DNA of 64,000 bases, from contig CAXXHO010000005.1 in NCBI GenBank assembly GCA_963667725.2, positions 1,303,189 to 1,367,188 of the forward strand, written 5' to 3'. The stretch's first letter is position 1. The number at the start of each line of letters is the position of its first letter. Of this stretch, positions 9,847 to 19,670 are shown one piece after another. This DNA comes from Treponemataceae bacterium. GTDB lineage: Bacteria; Spirochaetota; Spirochaetia; Treponematales; Rectinemataceae. A model generated the notes under the pieces. The model saw only the letters and a list, made by a program, of their open reading frames with translations, was not told the origin of the DNA and searched no databases. Position numbers and translations under genes: made by a program.

Positions 9847-12330
9847 ATGAAAACGATGCCAAAAAGTTTTCCCGTTCTCGCGGTCGTCGGGCTTCTCATT
9901 CTCGCCATGCCTCTTGTCGCTTCGCCTTCTCTTTCCTGGCGGGAAGAGTTCACGGACAACGGCGACAAGTGGACCGTCGGAGAAACCGAGGACTACAAAT
10001 TCGAGATCGCGAACGGGGCGTACTCCCTGACAGGCAAGACGGGGGGACGATGGTTAGTCCATGGCTTTCCCATTCGCAGGGATGCGGATTACCTCCTCGA
10101 AACGAAGATAAAATCGGATTCGTCCACCGCCACGAACTATGCGGGGCTGATCTGGGACTTCAAGGATAAGGACCACTACTACGAATTTCTCGCAAACCAG
10201 AACGGCAAGTACGCCGTCATCAAAACGGAGAACGGCGAGGCGAATTTTCTTGTACCCTGGACAGCCAGCTCGGTGATCAATAGCCGAGGCATCTACAACC
10301 TCCTCAAGGTAGCTCGGGTGGGACGCCAGCTCGTCTTTTCCATCAATAAAATTGAAATTAAAAGCCTGCCCTACGAAAGCTTCGCCGGGGGAAGCATTGG
10401 CCTCTCATTCTCGGGGACTCAGACAGTAACCGTGGATTCTGTCGTGCTGCAGGAAGAGAGAACTCCGACGGGTGAGGAAACGAAGCTCCCTTCGCTCAGG
10501 GATACGGTGTTCGAATCCACCTTTAACGAAAAGAATCAGAGTTGGCTTATCTCGTTGAGGAATTTAACCGGTCAGTTTACCGACCTGGGGGGATCAGCCG
10601 GCTCGGGGTATCTCCTTAAGCACAGCTCCAGGAACGTGATAGATATTCTTGCCCAGGATTTCATCATGGACTTGTCCAGGGATTTTTTCGTGGAGACCGA
10701 AATCGAGTGGATCTCGGGGGACGAGGGCTATGCTTACGGTCTTGCCTGCGATGTAAACGGACGCGACTACCTCTGGTTCGGTCTCACCGCCAATGGATTC
10801 TATTCGATTTCCCGAACCGTCGGGGGACAAAAGAAGGAACTTGTCCCCTGGACTATGAGCGACAATATTTTTTGCTACGAAGCCAAGAATAAGCTCTCTG
10901 TCCATCGAAGAGGTTCTACGCTGATATTCTCTATAAATAAGCGCAAGATCCACGAAATGCCCTATGAACCCTGGTCTTCGGGGCGGATAGGCTTCGGGTC
11001 GGGCGGAAGCATGTCCCTTCGGCCTCGATTCCTCGGGCTCTACCAGACCTCGATCATGGCGGGAGCCATCCATGGCAGCTGTTCCTATGGATGGGGCGCT
11101 TATCGCTATGCCGACGGGGTGGTCTATGTCGGCTACTGGGAGAGGAGCAAACCCAACGGCTTCGGAACCCGCTATTCTCCCACGGGCGGGGCTGTGGAAG
11201 GGGTCTGGAAAGAAGGAATTCTGACCGAGGAATCCAATATGTCCGGCGCCGCTTTGCGCCGGGCCTACTTCCCCGTCATGACAGCGGCGGGCGACATGGG
11301 CCTCGTGAACAGCTGGGGCGAGGAAGAGGGCTTCGGACTCAAGGGAATCGTCTATCTCGACACCATCCTCCAGTCGCCCATACCTCTGGCCTCGGAAGGC
11401 GGGATCGGATTCAGGGACCTGAGAGGAGAGATGGTTTCCTCCCCTGAATGGGATATAGCCTCTCCTTTTTTCCACGAGTACGCCCTTGTCGAAGGAGCGA
11501 AGGGCAAGACTGGCATCGTGGATTCGCAAGGCAAATTCAGCGTAGCCCTCGGGGCTTACGAAATCCCGCCGGGGCAGGATTTGGGGCGAGGCGTCGTTCG
11601 GGTGAAGGAAACCAGGGACGGCCAAACCCTCTACGGCTTAATCAGCGTTGATGGAAAGGTCCTTATGCCTCCAAGCCTCCTGGACCTGGGAAGTTTTTCC
11701 GAAGGTTACGCCCCGGCTAAATCCCGTAACGGGCGCTACGGTTTCATTGATCTTTTGGGAGCATGGCGTGTTCGCCCTGAATACGATGGGGTAGGGGATT
11801 TTTCAGACGGCTTGGCCTATGCCTACATCGATGACTTAATTCCCTGGGAAAGTTTTATCTGTCCTTCGGGCAGAACGGCTTTTGATGTGAATAACGATAT
11901 TCACGAAGTGTTCTACCCCTACATTTTCAGCGATGGCCTCATGGCTTGCCTGGAAGACGGCGTGAATCTGGTCTATCTCGCCTGGGACGGAGAGGTCTAT
12001 GTCCAGGCCGGCCCCTGGGACGACGCCCGTTCCTTCTCGGAAGGCCTGGCGGCGGTGAAGGATGAAACAGGCTGGAAGTATATCGACGACAGCGGCGAAG
12101 TCGTCATCGGCGGACCATATCGTCAGGCTCTTCCCTTCTCCCAAGGCTTGGCGGCGGTCCGGGTAGGGGATCGCTGGGGCTATATCGATCGAACAGGGCA
12201 GTCCGTCATCCCAGTTCTCTACCTGGACGTCAATTCCTTCAAGCCACAGGGATTCGCCCAGGTGAAACTGGCATCGGGAGCCTGGACCTGGATCGACCGT
12301 GAAGGGGGAGTCCTTTGGCCAGGACGATGA
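9847..12330 (+). CDS. Exported multidomain protein: two lectin/DUF1080-like beta-sandwiches, MORN-like repeats, C-terminal WG repeats
   Basis: Signal peptide; two similar ~180-aa units; YVGYWERSKPNGFG MORN-like segment; repeated FSEGLAAV..WGYID units. Confidence 0.75.
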   Translation: MKTMPKSFPVLAVVGLLILAMPLVASPSLSWREEFTDNGDKWTVGETEDYKFEIANGAYSLTGKTGGRWLVHGFPIRRDADYLLETKIKSDSSTATNYAGLIWDFKDKDHYYEFLANQNGKYAVIKTENGEANFLVPWTASSVINSRGIYNLLKVARVGRQLVFSINKIEIKSLPYESFAGGSIGLSFSGTQTVTVDSVVLQEERTPTGEETKLPSLRDTVFESTFNEKNQSWLISLRNLTGQFTDLGGSAGSGYLLKHSSRNVIDILAQDFIMDLSRDFFVETEIEWISGDEGYAYGLACDVNGRDYLWFGLTANGFYSISRTVGGQKKELVPWTMSDNIFCYEAKNKLSVHRRGSTLIFSINKRKIHEMPYEPWSSGRIGFGSGGSMSLRPRFLGLYQTSIMAGAIHGSCSYGWGAYRYADGVVYVGYWERSKPNGFGTRYSPTGGAVEGVWKEGILTEESNMSGAALRRAYFPVMTAAGDMGLVNSWGEEEGFGLKGIVYLDTILQSPIPLASEGGIGFRDLRGEMVSSPEWDIASPFFHEYALVEGAKGKTGIVDSQGKFSVALGAYEIPPGQDLGRGVVRVKETRDGQTLYGLISVDGKVLMPPSLLDLGSFSEGYAPAKSRNGRYGFIDLLGAWRVRPEYDGVGDFSDGLAYAYIDDLIPWESFICPSGRTAFDVNNDIHEVFYPYIFSDGLMACLEDGVNLVYLAWDGEVYVQAGPWDDARSFSEGLAAVKDETGWKYIDDSGEVVIGGPYRQALPFSQGLAAVRVGDRWGYIDRTGQSVIPVLYLDVNSFKPQGFAQVKLASGAWTWIDREGGVLWPGR

Positions 12331-12403
12331 GGAAGCGAATTTTCTTTGGATAGGTCAAAAGAGCGGAATAATTTACGTGGTTTTGACGCTTTTCAAATAA
12401 ACA

Positions 12404-12432
12404 TTGACTCCAAATGTTTCGCATGTTACATT
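12404..12432 (+). promoter_or_regulatory. Sigma70-type promoter of tatD
   Basis: TTGACT-N17-TACATT with TGn extension. Confidence 0.6.
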
Positions 12433-12480
12433 TAAGTTTGCCCGTACGGGCAAGCCCACCATTTTTTTAACGGAAGACAG

Positions 12481-13260
12481 ATGCGGTATTTTGACACTCA
12501 TGCCCACATCGGGCTGATTTATGATGACCCGATTGAACAACTTTTAGTTTGCCAGCAGGCGAAACAGTCCGGCGTAGGCAGAATCATAAGCATCTGCAAC
12601 AGTCTCGTTGACTTCAAACAGGTTTATGAAAACCTCAAGCCCGCCGAGCACGTCTACCACGCGGTGGGCGTTTCCCCTTCCGAGGTGCAGAGCCCCGGCA
12701 AAGACTGGCAGTCCACCATCGAGGACGCGGTCAAGCTGCCTCGCGTCATAGCGATAGGGGAAATCGGTCTCGATTATTTCCACAAATACGGCGACAGGCG
12801 CACCCAGATAGAACTTTTCATCGATCAGCTCGAAATGGCGGCCCGTCTCGATCTCCCCGTGATTATCCACAACCGCGAGGCGGGGAAAGACGTGCTCGAG
12901 GTGCTCCGCGACAGAATGCCGCCGGCTGGCGCCGTCCTCCACTGCTATTCCGAGGATGCCGAGTATGCCGATCGCGTGCTCTCCGCGGGACTCAATGTCT
13001 ACTTCTCGTTCGCGGGAAACCTGACCTACAGGAACGCGAGGAATCTGCACGAGACAGCCTCCATGCTGCCTTTCGACAGAATTCTCGTCGAGAGCGAGGC
13101 GCCCTTCATGGTCCCCGCCGAATATCGCGGTAAACGCAACAAGCCAGAGTTCCTGCCTTCGACGGTATGGTTCCTCTCCGAGATCCTCCAGATGGCGCCG
13201 GAAGAGGCCGCCGAAACCACCTACCAGAACGCCTGCAGATTCTTCAGGCTTGAACCCTGA
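12481..13260 (+). CDS. tatD: TatD family DNase/hydrolase
   Basis: FDTHAH, IGEIGLDY, IIHNRE, VLHCYS. Confidence 0.93.
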   Translation: MRYFDTHAHIGLIYDDPIEQLLVCQQAKQSGVGRIISICNSLVDFKQVYENLKPAEHVYHAVGVSPSEVQSPGKDWQSTIEDAVKLPRVIAIGEIGLDYFHKYGDRRTQIELFIDQLEMAARLDLPVIIHNREAGKDVLEVLRDRMPPAGAVLHCYSEDAEYADRVLSAGLNVYFSFAGNLTYRNARNLHETASMLPFDRILVESEAPFMVPAEYRGKRNKPEFLPSTVWFLSEILQMAPEEAAETTYQNACRFFRLEP

Positions 13261-13285
13261 TGATAGGGCGGGGTAGACTGGCGCC

Positions 13286-14305
13286 ATGCCGATCTCCCCG
13301 CCCCTTGAACCTATGAACGCCTCAGCACGAACACCCGCTCTCGCGGGTGTTCTTTTAAGGAATCCCTTCTTCCTCGCGCCCGTGGCCGGCTATTCCGACG
13401 CCGCTTTCCGCTCGGTCTGCTATGAGCTGGGCGCCGCGCTCTGCTATACCGAGATGGTCAGCTCCGAAGCCCTGACGAGGGACCACCCCAAGACTAAGCT
13501 TTTATTAGAACGGGCTGAAGCCGAAGACCGGTACGCGGTACAGCTTTTCGGGACCAAGCCTGAGGTGCTCGCGCGCGCGGCGGCTATGCTCGCGCCATAT
13601 AAACCCCTCGTCATCGACCTCAACTGCGGCTGCCCCGTGCCCAAGATCGTGCGCACGGGAGCGGGCTCCTCGCTGCTCAAGGATCCCAGGCTCATCGGGA
13701 ACATCGTCCGCGCCATGCGCGACGCCACCGACATCCCCATTACGGTCAAGATACGAAAAGGCTGGGACGATTCATCGGTCAACTTTCTGGAAACCGCCGG
13801 CGCCGCCGTCGAGGCGGGGGCGGCAGCCGTCACCTTGCACGCGAGGACGCGGGCTCAGGGCTATTCCGGAAAGGCGGACTGGGCTTCCATAGCTTCTCTC
13901 GTCGCCGCCCTCGCGCCTGCCGGCGTTCCCGTTTTCGGCTCAGGCGACGTGTTCGGCGCGGCAGCCGCCTTCCGCATGCTCGCGGAAACTGGCTGTTCAG
14001 GGGTGATGGTTGCACGGGGCGCCATGGGCAATCCCTTCGTGTTCGCCGAAGCCGCCGCCCTTTGGGAAGGCAGGGAGAGTCCCTCCTTTACCGATGCCGA
14101 GGTGGCCGCGATCGCCATGAAGCACCTGGAGCGCTCGGTCCGGTTTCTGGGCGAAAAAACCGCCTGCGTCGAATTCAGGAAGCATTTCTGCGCCTACTCC
14201 AAGGGGAGGCCCAGGGGGGCGGCCCTGCGCGAAAGGGCCGTCCACTGCTCGACGATGGCCGAATTCGGGGAGGTGCTGCGCGAATTCGGGATGAAGGCCG
14301 GCTGA
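13286..14305 (+). CDS. dusB: tRNA dihydrouridine synthase
   Basis: LAPVAG, YTEMVS, DLNCGCPVPKI, TVKIRKGWD, HARTRAQGYSGKADW. Confidence 0.93.
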   Translation: MPISPPLEPMNASARTPALAGVLLRNPFFLAPVAGYSDAAFRSVCYELGAALCYTEMVSSEALTRDHPKTKLLLERAEAEDRYAVQLFGTKPEVLARAAAMLAPYKPLVIDLNCGCPVPKIVRTGAGSSLLKDPRLIGNIVRAMRDATDIPITVKIRKGWDDSSVNFLETAGAAVEAGAAAVTLHARTRAQGYSGKADWASIASLVAALAPAGVPVFGSGDVFGAAAAFRMLAETGCSGVMVARGAMGNPFVFAEAAALWEGRESPSFTDAEVAAIAMKHLERSVRFLGEKTACVEFRKHFCAYSKGRPRGAALRERAVHCSTMAEFGEVLREFGMKAG

Positions 14306-14312
14306 GACTCGA

Positions 14313-15686
14313 CTAGCGCGATTCGTCCGATCGCAGATCGGGATTTTTGTCGAGGTAGGCTTCCAGGCTGGAGGCGAACTCGGCGTCGACGGAGGATTCC
14401 CGCTCTTTGCCGGCCGTCTGGTCCAGCCAAGGCAGGATGAATTCGGTTTTCAGCTTGTCCCAGAAGGCCGGAAGCGGCTCGGGCGGGAGGATCATGTTTT
14501 CGGGGGGTGTGCGGCCCAGGAGATCGGTGTAATAGGACGGGAAAAACTTCTCCGTGACGGATTGGAGAGATGAAAAGCCGCCGGCTATGCCGAAGGCGCT
14601 CTCCGACAGCCGCAGCGCCCGCGATTTTTCGAGGATATCCTTCTGATGTTCGGCGTTTAAAAACCAGCGCAGGAATTGCTCGGCCGATTCCTTGTTGGGC
14701 GCGCGCCGGGGAATGCCGGCGTATTTGATGTCTTCAGAAACGGCGAGCCTTTCCTTTTCCGAAAAATACCTGTAATCGTATCTGGCTCGGACGGCGGGCG
14801 CCAGGGTGAAATAATCGGCGGAATTCATCGCGGTAAAGAGGATCTTCCCCGATTCGACATTTTTATAGCCGGGAGCGAAGAGGTATTTGAAGGCGAAGGC
14901 GTCTTCTTCGGCGACCGAACCGTTCACCGCGCGGATATAATCGCGAAGCAGGATGACGCCGTTCTGGATGCCGTCGGGATCCCAGGAGATGGGGAAAGAT
15001 TCCCCGCCTGAACTTTTGCGCTCTCGCTTAGGCTTGTTTTCGCCGAAAGCGGCCCCGTTCAGCTGTATCCATTGGAACATGAAATCCTTGTCCGGCCAGC
15101 GCGGCGAAAAACCCATGCGCTTGGCGGCATCAGTGGATGTGCCGTTGAAAATGGCGGCGTATCGCTGGATTTCGTCTATGGTGATGATGGATCCATCGGC
15201 CTGTGGTACAGCCAGATCGTCCAGGCTGCTTTGCCGTCTCGATTCTCGCCCGCTTAGGATGAGAAGAAGGTTGAAGCTTACCGGAACGAGGATCTGGCGG
15301 TTGTTTTCGACGCCGCCCTCGAGGAGGGTCGGGTAGAATGAACTTTTCGAGAGGACGAGCTCGCCGAAAAGATACTCCAGGGAAAGGAAATAATTGTCGA
15401 GGGTCCTGGTCCGCAGACTCCTGCCGATGACGATGGACGGTTCGGCGCGGTTTTCGGCGGAGGCGAGACGGAGGGCTTCGGTCAGCTCATCCACGTAATG
15501 CACTTCAATGAGGTGGCGGTTTTGGGACGCGTTGAACATTTCCGCGGCGATGAGCATCTCCGGCGTATCGGTCCACAGGACGGCCGGCTTTTTCTCGAAG
15601 AGGGAGCAGGATGCGGCGAGCAGGCTTGTCATCGCGATAGCGAATCTGAGAAGATGTAATCGCGAGTGTTTCCGTTTCGGCGCCAT
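14313..15686 (-). CDS. Putative extracellular solute-binding lipoprotein
   Basis: LLAASC lipobox-like signal, AEQFLRWFLNAEHQ SBP-like C-terminal motif; start inferred from -10 spacing. Confidence 0.6.
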   Translation of the reverse strand: MAPKRKHSRLHLLRFAIAMTSLLAASCSLFEKKPAVLWTDTPEMLIAAEMFNASQNRHLIEVHYVDELTEALRLASAENRAEPSIVIGRSLRTRTLDNYFLSLEYLFGELVLSKSSFYPTLLEGGVENNRQILVPVSFNLLLILSGRESRRQSSLDDLAVPQADGSIITIDEIQRYAAIFNGTSTDAAKRMGFSPRWPDKDFMFQWIQLNGAAFGENKPKRERKSSGGESFPISWDPDGIQNGVILLRDYIRAVNGSVAEEDAFAFKYLFAPGYKNVESGKILFTAMNSADYFTLAPAVRARYDYRYFSEKERLAVSEDIKYAGIPRRAPNKESAEQFLRWFLNAEHQKDILEKSRALRLSESAFGIAGGFSSLQSVTEKFFPSYYTDLLGRTPPENMILPPEPLPAFWDKLKTEFILPWLDQTAGKERESSVDAEFASSLEAYLDKNPDLRSDESR

Positions 15687-15700
15687 GGTTCGACGATATA

Positions 15701-16690
15701 ATGTCAGGCGGGGTAATGGCAAGCGATTCGCGGAGTTTACCATTCGGAGCGTCCATGGATTCCAGCTTCAACCGTCACGCCGATCGCCTCGTCGAACGTC
15801 ATGGGGAAAAAGTATGGCGGCTCGGCATAGACGCGGGATTCACCTGTCCGCATCGCGAGGCGGGGAGGGGAAGGGGCGGCTGTACCTTCTGTTCGCCTGA
15901 AGCGGGGCTTGCCACCTATCAGCACCAAGGCCTTCGCGTAGTCACCGACCTCTCGGAACAGATCGGACGGGCGGTAGGATTCACGAGGAGCCGCTACGAA
16001 GCCCGGCTTTTCTTCCTTTATTTTCAGGCGTATTCCTGCACGAACCTCCCTCCGGACGAGTTGAGGCTGGTCTACGATCGGTCCATCGCGATCCTGGAGG
16101 GCATAGCGCCCGGTTCGCTCCGCGGCATCGTGGTATCGACGCGCCCCGACTGTTTCGATGAGGAAAAGGCTGCGCTTCTGGCCTCATACGCGTCGACGGG
16201 GCTCGAGGTCTGGCTGGAATTCGGCCTGCAGAGCTCGAACGACGAGACGCTGCGCCGCATCCACCGGGGGCACCGCGCGCGCGACTACGCCGAAGCCATG
16301 GCCATCGCCGGCGCGGCCGGCCTTCGCCGTGCCGTCCATGTCATGCTCGGCCTGCCGGGCGAGGGGCGGCGGCAGATGCTCGACACCATCGAATTCGTGG
16401 CCGCCCGCGGCGGCGAAGGCATCAAATTCCACGACCTCAGACTCGCCATCGGATCGCCCCTCGCTCAGGCCTACCTGGCCGGCGAGTTCGCTCCCCTCCA
16501 TCCTTCGCGGCTTCCTGGCCTTCTGGCTGACTGTCTGGAAATCCTCCCCCCAGGGTTCGAAGTTATGCGCCTCTCCGCCGACTTCAGGCCGGGCGAGGCT
16601 ATCGATATTTTCCCCGCCACCGAAAAGACGAGGCTCTATATGGCCGTGGAAGCTGAATTGCGGCGCCGCGGCACGTGGCAGGGTTTCTAA
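15701..16690 (+). CDS. TIGR01212 (YhcC/YtqA-like) radical SAM protein; start uncertain
   Basis: GFTCPHR...GGCTFC, YFQAYSCT, STRPDC, GIKFHDL, terminal QG. Confidence 0.88.
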   Translation: MSGGVMASDSRSLPFGASMDSSFNRHADRLVERHGEKVWRLGIDAGFTCPHREAGRGRGGCTFCSPEAGLATYQHQGLRVVTDLSEQIGRAVGFTRSRYEARLFFLYFQAYSCTNLPPDELRLVYDRSIAILEGIAPGSLRGIVVSTRPDCFDEEKAALLASYASTGLEVWLEFGLQSSNDETLRRIHRGHRARDYAEAMAIAGAAGLRRAVHVMLGLPGEGRRQMLDTIEFVAARGGEGIKFHDLRLAIGSPLAQAYLAGEFAPLHPSRLPGLLADCLEILPPGFEVMRLSADFRPGEAIDIFPATEKTRLYMAVEAELRRRGTWQGF

Positions 16691-16715
16691 AATACCGACC
16701 TCGCCAAAAGTCCTG

Positions 16716-16762
16716 AATTAACAATTAATTAACTTGCGTTCTCCTCCTCCCGGGAGCATACT
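16716..16762 (+). promoter_or_regulatory. Promoter of ABC operon with upstream AT-rich palindrome
   Basis: AATTAA-CAA-TTAATT followed by TTGCGT-N17-CATACT. Confidence 0.45.
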
Positions 16763-16818
16763 TATCAACGGTTCCGCGCATAGCACGCGGACATTGTAAG
16801 AATGGCGCAGGAGGAGAT

Positions 16819-17916
16819 ATGAAGCGGTTCGGAACGATCATTCTGAGTATTTTCATGCTTTTCGCGCTCTGCACGGGCGCTTTCGCCCAATCCAAGGAAC
16901 TCATAGCGGCGGCCCAGAAGGAAGGGCAGCTCACGGTCATCGCCCTTCCCCACGACTGGGTCAACTATGGGGAGATGATCGAAACCTTCTCCAAGAAATA
17001 CAATATCAGGATCAACGAACTCAACCCCGACGGCTCGTCCGGCGAGGAGATCGAGTCCATCAAGGCCAACAAGGGTAACACCGGACCCCAGGCGCCCGAC
17101 GTCATCGACGTGGGCCTCTCCTTCGGTCCCCAAGCCAAGGCCGACAAGCTCATCGTTCCCTATAAAGTCGCCACCTGGGATTCCATACCCGCCGATGTCA
17201 AGGACAAGGACGGCTACTGGTATGGCGACTATTACGGAGCCCTCGCCTTCGAAGTAAACAGCGACATCGTGAAGAACGTTCCGAAGGATTGGTCCGACTT
17301 ACTGAAACCCGAGTACAAGGGCAAAGTGGCGCTCGCGGGAGATCCCCGCACCGCCAATCAGGCAGTCATGACCGTCGTGGCCGCCTCCCTCGCCATGGGC
17401 GCCAAGAGTCCGGCCGACGTAACCCCCGGCCTCCAGTTCTTCGACAAGCTTAACCGGGCGGGGAACTTCGTGCCCATCATCGCCGTTCCCGGAACGGTAG
17501 CCTCGGGCGAAACCCCCATCACCATCCGCTGGGACTACAACGCCCTCTCCAACCGCGACAAGAGCGCCGGCAATCCGAACATCGCCGTCGTCATCCCCGC
17601 CAAGGGCGTCATCGCGGGCGTCTACATCCAGGCTATTAGCGCCTACGCGCCCCATCCCAACGCCGCGAAGCTCTGGATGGAATTCCTCTATTCAGACGAA
17701 GGCCAGCTCATATGGCTCAAAGGCTACGGACACCCGGTGCGCTTCAACGACATGGCCAAGCGGAAAGTGATCCCCGCCGACCTCGCCGCGAAGCTTCCCC
17801 CGGCCGAAGCCTACGCGAAGATCGTATTCCCCTCGCTGGCGGATCAGGATACGGCCAAAACCGCCATCGCCGCCAATTGGGATAAAGTCGTCAGCGTCGA
17901 AGTGATGAAGAAGTAG
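16819..17916 (+). CDS. ABC transporter substrate-binding protein (polyamine/iron-like family)
   Basis: Signal peptide, APDVIDVG, PKDWSDLLKPEYKGKV, APHPNAAKLWMEFL. Confidence 0.9.
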   Translation: MKRFGTIILSIFMLFALCTGAFAQSKELIAAAQKEGQLTVIALPHDWVNYGEMIETFSKKYNIRINELNPDGSSGEEIESIKANKGNTGPQAPDVIDVGLSFGPQAKADKLIVPYKVATWDSIPADVKDKDGYWYGDYYGALAFEVNSDIVKNVPKDWSDLLKPEYKGKVALAGDPRTANQAVMTVVAASLAMGAKSPADVTPGLQFFDKLNRAGNFVPIIAVPGTVASGETPITIRWDYNALSNRDKSAGNPNIAVVIPAKGVIAGVYIQAISAYAPHPNAAKLWMEFLYSDEGQLIWLKGYGHPVRFNDMAKRKVIPADLAAKLPPAEAYAKIVFPSLADQDTAKTAIAANWDKVVSVEVMKK

Positions 17917-17922
17917 GGTCCT

Positions 17923-18822
17923 ATGCCCATATCAGCATCAGGGCGAAAGGGGGCGCGCTCCGCGCGCCCCCTTTTCTCGCGCAAAAACCTGGCATGGCTG
18001 GGACTCGCGCCATTTTTCCTTTTCGTGCTCGCCTTCATGATACTGCCGGCTGGCAATATCCTCGTCGGAAGCTTCCAGGACAGGGAAGGGGCCTTCACCC
18101 TCGCCAATTTCGCCAATCTCCTGCGCCCCAACATCGTCAAGTCCTATCTCGTCACGATACGCCTTAGCGCCGTGACGGCCCTCATCGGGAGCCTATTCGG
18201 CTTCCTCGTGGCATACGCCATCATCCTGGGCGGCCTGCCCAAGCCCATCCGCTCCTTCGTCAGCACCTTTTCCGGCGTGGCTTCGAACTTCGCCGGCGTG
18301 CCGCTGGCCTTCGCCTTCATCGCCACGCTGGGCCGCGTCGGCCTCCTCACCACCCTGCTCAAGACATTCCTCGGCATCGACCTCTACGACAAAGGCTTCA
18401 GCCTCTACAGCTTTTGGGGGCTGGCTTTCACCTACATATACTTTCAGATTCCGCTGATGATCCTCATCATCAGCCCAGCCATCGACGGCATGAAGAAGGA
18501 GTGGCGCGAAGCCTCCGAAAACCTCGGCGCCACGACATTCCAGTACTGGCTTCACGTCGGCATTCCCGTCCTCGCGCCCTCCCTTCTGGCGGCCTTCATC
18601 CTTCTCTTCGGCAACGCCTTCGGCGCCTACGCCACCGCCTACTCGCTCACGGGAGGCTTGATCAACCTGGTGCCCATCCTCATCGGCGCCCAGATCCGCG
18701 GCGATGTCCTCCACGATCCCAATCTGGGCTATGCCCTCGCCTTCGGCATGGTGATAATCATGGGACTGAGCATCAGCGTCTATTCCTGGGTGCAGAAAAT
18801 AGCCTCGAGGTGGATGAAATGA
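17923..18822 (+). CDS. ABC transporter permease
   Basis: Multiple TM helices, EWREASENLGAT EAA loop. Confidence 0.9.
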   Translation: MPISASGRKGARSARPLFSRKNLAWLGLAPFFLFVLAFMILPAGNILVGSFQDREGAFTLANFANLLRPNIVKSYLVTIRLSAVTALIGSLFGFLVAYAIILGGLPKPIRSFVSTFSGVASNFAGVPLAFAFIATLGRVGLLTTLLKTFLGIDLYDKGFSLYSFWGLAFTYIYFQIPLMILIISPAIDGMKKEWREASENLGATTFQYWLHVGIPVLAPSLLAAFILLFGNAFGAYATAYSLTGGLINLVPILIGAQIRGDVLHDPNLGYALAFGMVIIMGLSISVYSWVQKIASRWMK

Positions 18823-19670
18823 AGAACCGTAAAAGAAAGGCGATGTCCTGGCTCGTGCTCGCGGCTGGCCTGCTCTACTTTCTTCTGCCGCTTTTAGCCA
18901 CCTTTCTGTTCTCCCTCAGAGGCAAAAAAGGCGTCTTGAGTTTTGTCGCCTACGAGCATGTCTTCGCCGATCCCCAGTTCCTGAAGACCTTCGTCTTTTC
19001 GTTCAAGATGTCCATTTTCACCGTTGTCGCCGGCCTCGTCCTCATCATACCCACGACGATCTGGATTCATCTCAAAGTGCCGAAGGCCAAGCCCCTCATC
19101 GAAGTCTTCGCCCTCATGCCCTTCGTCATCCCGCCCATCATCCTCGCCTTCGGGCTCATCAGGAGCTACTCCCGGCCGCCCCTGGCCCTTGTCACCACTC
19201 CCGCCCTCCTCGTCGCCGGTTATGTAATCATCGCCTTTCCCTACATCTACCGTTCGATTGACGCGGGTTTGAGAGCCATGGACCTCAAGGCCCTCACCGA
19301 AGCGGGCATGAGCCTCGGCGCCGGCTGGTTCAGCCTTCTCTTCCGGGTGGTGCTGCCCAATCTCCGCACCTCCATCCTCGCCGCCATCTTTCTCACCTTC
19401 GCGACCGTCATTGGCGAACTCACGCTCGCCGTCCTCCTCGCGTGGCCCGCCTTCGGACCCTACATGGCTCTCGTCGGCAGGGATCTGGCCTACGAGCCGG
19501 CCGCCCTCGCCATACTCAGTTTTGCCCTCACCTGGGGATCGATCGGCATAATACAGGCTTTGAGCCGCGGCAAGATCCGGCCCAGCGCGATGCCAGCGCC
19601 CGGCTGGGCGACGATGGCTGAAGACACGAAGCCCGCGGACAAAAGGAGCTCGACGAATGGCCTTTCTTGA
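18819..19670 (+). CDS. ABC transporter permease
   Basis: TM helices, LTEAGMSLGA EAA loop; ATGA overlap with upstream stop. Confidence 0.9.
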   Translation: MKNRKRKAMSWLVLAAGLLYFLLPLLATFLFSLRGKKGVLSFVAYEHVFADPQFLKTFVFSFKMSIFTVVAGLVLIIPTTIWIHLKVPKAKPLIEVFALMPFVIPPIILAFGLIRSYSRPPLALVTTPALLVAGYVIIAFPYIYRSIDAGLRAMDLKALTEAGMSLGAGWFSLLFRVVLPNLRTSILAAIFLTFATVIGELTLAVLLAWPAFGPYMALVGRDLAYEPAALAILSFALTWGSIGIIQALSRGKIRPSAMPAPGWATMAEDTKPADKRSSTNGLS

